This document shows positions 60,787 through 64,000 of a stretch of DNA of 64,000 nt, in pieces (within the stretch, counting starts at the first letter, position 1; each line of letters begins with the position of its first letter). The position numbers and the translations under genes are program-made. Origin of the DNA: Podarcis liolepis. Taxonomy: Eukaryota. The stretch lies in the NCBI GenBank assembly GCA_965112155.1, contig OZ218108.1. One strand, written 5' to 3'. The notes under the pieces were generated by a model. It was not told where the DNA came from. It did not search any database and saw only the letters and a list, made by a program, of their open reading frames with translations.

Positions 60787-63700
60787 TTACTTCAGACCCA
60801 TTTCTTCACAAAAGTTTTCATGCCGCTGAAACCCAAGCGGTTTTGTAAAACCATCAGCTTGATTTTCATGACTGGGACAGTAATTTAATTTAACAATTCC
60901 TGCTTTTACCGTTTGACAAACATTTTGAAAGCGGATATCCAAATGTTTTGTACGACCTTTAAACTGCCCATTTTGTGCTAACTTAAGACACGGTTGATTA
61001 TCACCCCATACAGTGATTGGAGTGATGGCCTTTTCATACATCTCTTGTGCCAAGCATTTGTAAAATTCTAGATCTCTACATAACTCAGATAAGGCACAGA
61101 ACTCAGCTTCTGTTGACGACAAAGCAATCAGGTTTTGTTTCTTGGATCTCCACCCAATCAGAGAGTTACCAAATTTTATTACACAGCCAGACACTGATTT
61201 TCTATCCTTTAAATTTGCCCAATCACTATCTGCCCAACAAGTAATCTGTGCTTGTCCTTCTGAAGACAATTCAAGGCAAAAATCTTTGGTGTATTGTAAA
61301 TATCTTAACACTCTTTGAATTCCTTTCCATGCATTTACACTAGGTTTCGAAGATTCTCTGCTGAGTAAGTTAACAGCGTAAGCAATATCTGGTCTACTCC
61401 ATTGCGAAAGATGAAGTAGGCTTCCCAGTGCTGACTGAAAGATTTCAGCACGCTTGAATTCAGCACTATCCTTGAACTCATTGCCTTTTACAAAACCCAT
61501 TTCCATTGGTGTTCTAACACCTGCACACTCCGTCATGTTAAACTTTTTCAACATTTGCAATATCTTGCCTTTTTGATTCAGTAGAAAACTGCCATTTTTG
61601 GTCCTATCTATCTGAACACCAAGATAGACCTTCACATCACCAAGATTCTTAACTTTGAAGTGTTTATTTAACTCTTTGGCTAGTTTTTTTACTTGTTCTT
61701 GTGTCTTTGAAGTATAAATCAGGTCATCTACATAAACAAGCAAAGATTCTTGAGCATCTCCTGAACCTCTGAAATATAAGCAATTGTCAGCCTTGCTCCT
61801 GCTAAAACCAATGCCTACCAAAACGTCATTCAAACACTCATTCCAATTATGAGCGGATTGCTTGAGTCCATAAATAGATTTATGTAGTTTCCATACCTGA
61901 TTTGATTTACCAACTTTCAATCCTGGCGGTAGCTCCATATAGAGCTCTTCAGCCAAGTCTGAATGAAGATAAGCTGTAGAGACATCAAATTGATTCACTT
62001 TGAACCCTTTCTGAGCAGCAACTGCTAATAGTGCCCGTAGGGTTTCACTCCTTGAAGTGGGTGCATAGACTTCAGAATAATGTAACCCCTTTCTTTGCGT
62101 AAAACCTCGAGCTACAAGCCTTGCTTTGTACTCTGGTTTCCCCATCGCTGTTGTCTTTATCCTGTACACCCACCTACAACTTACAGCCTTGGTACCTTCT
62201 GGCAGTTTGGTGATGGAAAACACACCCAGTTCTTTCATAGAATTCAACTCCTTTTGCATGGCCTCACGCCACCTACTGGCCTCCTCCTGGGGTAATTGCT
62301 CAACCTCCTCAAAACTTTCAGGTTCGCAATTTGCCAAACCAGCCCAAACACTAATAGCTTGGTACCTTTCAGGAGGTTTACCTTTGTTGGCACGCTTGGA
62401 ACGCCTTAACAGTTCCTGCGATGTTCCTTCAGTTTCCCCCTCTGACCCAGAATCACTAGTCGTCACCTGTTTGTCACTAGTGGTTGTAGAACTTTCTGAT
62501 TCTGACTTTACACGTCTCTCTTGCTGTACAGGTGAACTTTTATAGCTAGAAGATTCTGACTTTACAGACGTGGGTGAACTAGGCGATTTCTCACCCTTGT
62601 CCTCAGACTCAAATTCCTCAGTCTGTTCTGGAACTAATACCTGCCCTGGGGCCTGAGTTTCATTGTTACTGTTCACCACATCAAATAGTATGTCAGGATT
62701 CCCATGAATTTTATTCCAACCATCCTGTTCACAAAATTCTGCACTTCTGCTGATTGTGATTTTCGTTTGATTGCCTTCTACATTCACAAATCTCCAACCT
62801 TTTGTGTTTGCTTGATAACCACAGAAAAACATTTCTTTAGACCTAGGATCGCCTTTCCTACGTTGTGCCCTAGGCACCAGCACATAAGCACGACATCCAA
62901 AAACTCTTAGATGATCAATTTTTGGTTTTTTCCCAAATAGCATGAAGTAAGGAGTGTTGCCTACTGTGCTATTGTACACTCTGTTAAAAGTATAATTCGC
63001 ATACAGTGCAGCCTCAGCCCAAAAACGCTGTGGAAGTCCAGAATCAAACAGCAAAGCAGCAATGGCTTCCTGTAATGTTCGAAATTTTCTTTCAGCAACT
63101 GCATTCTCCTGTGGTGAATAGGGATTGGTAAGTCTATGAACTATACCTTTCCTTTTTAACCACGTCTCCAGCGTGTGGTTCACAAATTCCCCACCACGAT
63201 CTGATTGTATTTTACGTACCCTGGTGTCAAATTTACATTCGACTTCTTCAATCCAATCCATCAGGATGGAAGCTGCTTGTGATTTTTCTTTCAGAAAGAA
63301 AACCCAACTAGCCCTTGAAAAATCATCCACCAAAATTTGCATAAATCTCGCACCTCCAAGCGATTTGACTGGCATAGGGCCACACACGTCTGTGTGCACA
63401 AGTTCAAAGGGTTTCTTGCTTACTCTATCAGATCTAGGATAGTTACATGTCTTAACCTTAGCATGTTTACAAGCACAACAATCCAGAAAATTTGGACAGG
63501 GTTTAATGTTACACTCCTCAGCTAAATCTGGCATCTTGCTTACATACTTAAAGCATATATGAGCTAACCTTCTGTGTAGTAGATGTGCACAACCTGTATG
63601 AGGAGCCTTATTTACACACTTAGCTTGCGCTTCACCTGTTGAACATCTACCTGCTGCTAACTGCTCTTCATCCAAAACAAAAAGCCCATCCTCACAGGGA

Positions 63701-63999
63701 ATTTTAACTAGCTCCTTCCCCTGTTTCGAAATGGTGCACACATCATTTTCAAACTCAACCTTAAAACCACTTTTTACCAGGCATGACACACTCAAAAGTC
63801 CATTCTTCATTCCTGGAAGAACAAAAACAGGAAGGTTGGTTTGCAAACAGTTAACAAAAATTGTGCCTTTAAGGTTCATTTCTCGTTTACTATTGTCTGC
63901 TATAGTCACGGTTTTTGCAACTGGCAATGTCTTGCAGTTCATCAAGCGGCCACTAGATGTCGCTGGAACTAAACTGTGACTTGCTCCACTGTCAATTAT
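60787..63999 (-). CDS. Copia Pol polyprotein (protease, integrase, RT, RNase H), open to the window edge
   Basis: The frame continues upstream of the listed ORF as IIDSGASH (protease DSG at 63985-63993). Then HRRLAH...CCAC zinc finger, VHTDVCGP / SDRGGEF / ENAVAER DDE triad, YKARLVARG, FDVSTAYL, YGLKQS, YVDDL, ADSDWA, TEAE, GDNQ, ADGFTK. No stops in 1070 codons. Confidence 0.96.
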   Translation of the reverse strand: MIDSGASHSLVPATSSGRLMNCKTLPVAKTVTIADNSKREMNLKGTIFVNCLQTNLPVFVLPGMKNGLLSVSCLVKSGFKVEFENDVCTISKQGKELVKIPCEDGLFVLDEEQLAAGRCSTGEAQAKCVNKAPHTGCAHLLHRRLAHICFKYVSKMPDLAEECNIKPCPNFLDCCACKHAKVKTCNYPRSDRVSKKPFELVHTDVCGPMPVKSLGGARFMQILVDDFSRASWVFFLKEKSQAASILMDWIEEVECKFDTRVRKIQSDRGGEFVNHTLETWLKRKGIVHRLTNPYSPQENAVAERKFRTLQEAIAALLFDSGLPQRFWAEAALYANYTFNRVYNSTVGNTPYFMLFGKKPKIDHLRVFGCRAYVLVPRAQRRKGDPRSKEMFFCGYQANTKGWRFVNVEGNQTKITISRSAEFCEQDGWNKIHGNPDILFDVVNSNNETQAPGQVLVPEQTEEFESEDKGEKSPSSPTSVKSESSSYKSSPVQQERRVKSESESSTTTSDKQVTTSDSGSEGETEGTSQELLRRSKRANKGKPPERYQAISVWAGLANCEPESFEEVEQLPQEEASRWREAMQKELNSMKELGVFSITKLPEGTKAVSCRWVYRIKTTAMGKPEYKARLVARGFTQRKGLHYSEVYAPTSRSETLRALLAVAAQKGFKVNQFDVSTAYLHSDLAEELYMELPPGLKVGKSNQVWKLHKSIYGLKQSAHNWNECLNDVLVGIGFSRSKADNCLYFRGSGDAQESLLVYVDDLIYTSKTQEQVKKLAKELNKHFKVKNLGDVKVYLGVQIDRTKNGSFLLNQKGKILQMLKKFNMTECAGVRTPMEMGFVKGNEFKDSAEFKRAEIFQSALGSLLHLSQWSRPDIAYAVNLLSRESSKPSVNAWKGIQRVLRYLQYTKDFCLELSSEGQAQITCWADSDWANLKDRKSVSGCVIKFGNSLIGWRSKKQNLIALSSTEAEFCALSELCRDLEFYKCLAQEMYEKAITPITVWGDNQPCLKLAQNGQFKGRTKHLDIRFQNVCQTVKAGIVKLNYCPSHENQADGFTKPLGFQRHENFCEEMGLK

Positions 64000-64000
64000 C

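Larger units (their letters stand above)
60159..64000 (-). mobile_element. Ty1/copia LTR retrotransposon, 3' part (continues beyond the window)
   Basis: pol in PR-IN-RT-RH order, polypurine tract and 3' LTR. The outer LTR boundary is either 60159 or 60500. Confidence 0.95.

Noticed and set aside
1-64000. MEF2C coding exons, miRNA genes or a prokaryote-type novel gene system
   Set aside because: No MADS-box exon (MGRKKIQI) is visible, the hairpins seen are explained by MITEs, and the long ORFs with recognisable motifs all belong to transposable elements.

Overview
Vertebrate genomic DNA from a squamate, probably a lacertid lizard (Sauria SINEs of the Podarcis type). There are no host protein-coding exons. 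The window appears to cover the far-upstream region and first two 5'-UTR exons of MEF2C on the + strand: a skeletal-muscle-type promoter with a MEF2-like site and E-box at about 43.46-43.49 kb, exon A ending at 43738, exon B at 56292-56389, and a CpG island at about 52.6-53.3 kb. That assignment rests on my recollection of the mammalian sequence and needs BLAST confirmation. The rest is non-coding DNA dense in transposable elements. These include a young 5'-truncated L1 with an unbroken RT frame and an 18-19-bp TSD (5808-8476), a Chapaev3-type DNA transposon with both ends and a 3-bp TSD (15797-17710), a solo LTR with a CCAAT-box array (18482-18851), an apparently intact Ty1/copia retrotransposon antisense in the MEF2C intron (about 60159 to the window end), five Sauria SINEs, other SINE/L2/CR1 fragments and many MITEs. 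There is one 172-N assembly gap. I found no convincing new gene system. The best leads are the intact copia element, the Chapaev3 copy, and the regulatory architecture of the MEF2C 5' region (uORF exon, second donor, antisense splice signals).
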